In this document: positions 49,534-50,274 of the stretch, piece by piece
Numbering within the stretch: position 1 is the first letter of the stretch
Layout: the number at the start of each line of letters is the position of its first letter
NCBI GenBank assembly: GCA_021803005.1
Contig: JAJZQT010000002.1
Span: forward strand, 1 to 50,274
Direction of reading: 5' to 3'
Length of the DNA: 50,274 nucleotides
From: Actinomycetes bacterium
GTDB lineage: Bacteria > Actinomycetota > Thermoleophilia > BMS3ABIN01
Translations under genes and position numbers: made by a program
The notes under the pieces: generated by a model
The model's database searches: none
What the model was told of the DNA's origin: nothing
Seen by the model: only the letters and a program-made list of their open reading frames with translations

Positions 49534-50067
49534 ATGAGCACTTTCATCGACAACAATCTTACCCTTGCCGTGCTGGCGCCCCTGGCGCTGGCAGTCCTGG
49601 CACTGATCCTGGCCGGTTACCTCTTCATGGTTCTCAGGCGTTTTCGGCGTGACCAGAAAGTGGTATTGGGAGGCGGCGGCGGGCGCGATCTCGTCGCCCA
49701 CGCCAATGCCGTGCAGCTGAACGTCGAGGAGCTGTCGCGCGATATCACCCATCTGACGGCGGAGCTGCAGCGCACCGGCAAGCGCCTCGACGACTGTTTG
49801 ACCTTCCGCAGTGTCATGCGCTACGACGCCTACAACGATTTAAGCGGGATGCAGAGCACCTCGGTGGCCCTGCTCGACGCCCAGTTCTCGGGCATCATCA
49901 TCAGCTCGATCCAGTCTCGCGACCACGCCCGCATCTACGTGAAGGAAGTGAAGCATGGGGAAAGCCGGGAGCAGCTTTCGCCTGAAGAGATCCAGGTCCT
50001 CAAGGAGGCCATGGGTCTAAAGTCTCACAAGCTCAGCCGCGTGGCCGGAGGCGGAGGCGATGATTAA
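49534..50067 (+). CDS. DUF4446-family membrane protein
   Basis: N-terminal TM segment, then the pattern ...FRSVMRYDAYNDLSGMQSTSVALLDAQFSGIIISSIQSRDHARIYVKEV..G.S...LS.EE characteristic of DUF4446. Confidence 0.68.
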   Translation: MSTFIDNNLTLAVLAPLALAVLALILAGYLFMVLRRFRRDQKVVLGGGGGRDLVAHANAVQLNVEELSRDITHLTAELQRTGKRLDDCLTFRSVMRYDAYNDLSGMQSTSVALLDAQFSGIIISSIQSRDHARIYVKEVKHGESREQLSPEEIQVLKEAMGLKSHKLSRVAGGGGDD

Positions 50068-50274
50068 CGCCAACGGTTCGGGCGGCGGCAAGACCGGGTT
50101 CCTGGGCCCCACCGGCACCTGGTCCGAAGAGGCGCTGACGGCCAACACCTCGCTGACCGCGGATGACACCGTGCCCTATCCCTCGATCACGGAAGTCATC
50201 GCCGCCGTCGCCTCGGGCGAAGTGGCACAGGGAATAGTGCCCATGGAGAACGTCATCGAGGGCTCGGTGACAGC
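50060..50274 (+). CDS. pheA: prephenate dehydratase, N-terminal fragment (continues past the window end)
   Basis: My translation from the ATG at 50060: MINANGSGGGKTGFLGPTGTWSEEALTANTSLTADDTVPYPSITEVIAAVASGEVAQGIVPMENVIEGSVT matches the PDT-domain N-terminus (LGP.GT.SE.A...P...I..V...V..G....G.VP.EN.IEGSV). 8-nt overlap with the DUF4446 stop. Confidence 0.75.
   Translation, partial: MINANGSGGGKTGFLGPTGTWSEEALTANTSLTADDTVPYPSITEVIAAVASGEVAQGIVPMENVIEGSVT

Overview
High-GC (roughly 60-65%) chromosomal segment spanning a bacterial replication origin. It is almost entirely core housekeeping DNA. On the minus strand lies dnaA-dnaN-recF-DUF721(DciA-like)-gyrB-gyrA, followed by an eight-gene FAS-II/acetyl-CoA carboxylase operon (fabZ-fabH-fabK-fabD-fabG-fabF-accD-accA). 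Further along is the hallmark actinobacterial cell-envelope signalling cluster: STK-fhaA-fhaB-pstP-rodA-pbpA-pknB. Together with a phosphatidylinositol/PIM locus (pgsA1-ino1-pimA) and a glucosylglycerate module (gpgS plus phosphatase), this suggests a deep-branching member of the Actinomycetota; that placement is inference only. Also present: partial proA, a class I aldolase, an amidohydrolase, larB, an orphan parA overlapping ftsZ beside oriC, an SQR-like flavoprotein, a small AsnC/Lrp-type protein, a DUF151 nuclease, two lipoproteins (BNR propeller, clan-A glycosidase), a GAF/HD-GYP protein, mgtC, DUF4446, partial pheA, tRNA-Ile(GAT) and tRNA-Leu(CAG). I found no CRISPR array, transposase, integrase, prophage or recognisable defence system. 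The most novel-looking item is a PimA-like glycosyltransferase fused to a PHP phosphoesterase inside the PI-lipid locus, a candidate for the genetically unassigned PIP phosphatase. Other points of interest are the bipartite origin architecture, the parA/ftsZ coupling at oriC, a kinase with a polytopic membrane domain, a large GyrB insertion and a basic tail on Ino1. Many long ORFs in the track are antisense shadows typical of high-GC DNA, and several real genes start downstream of the ORF-track start.
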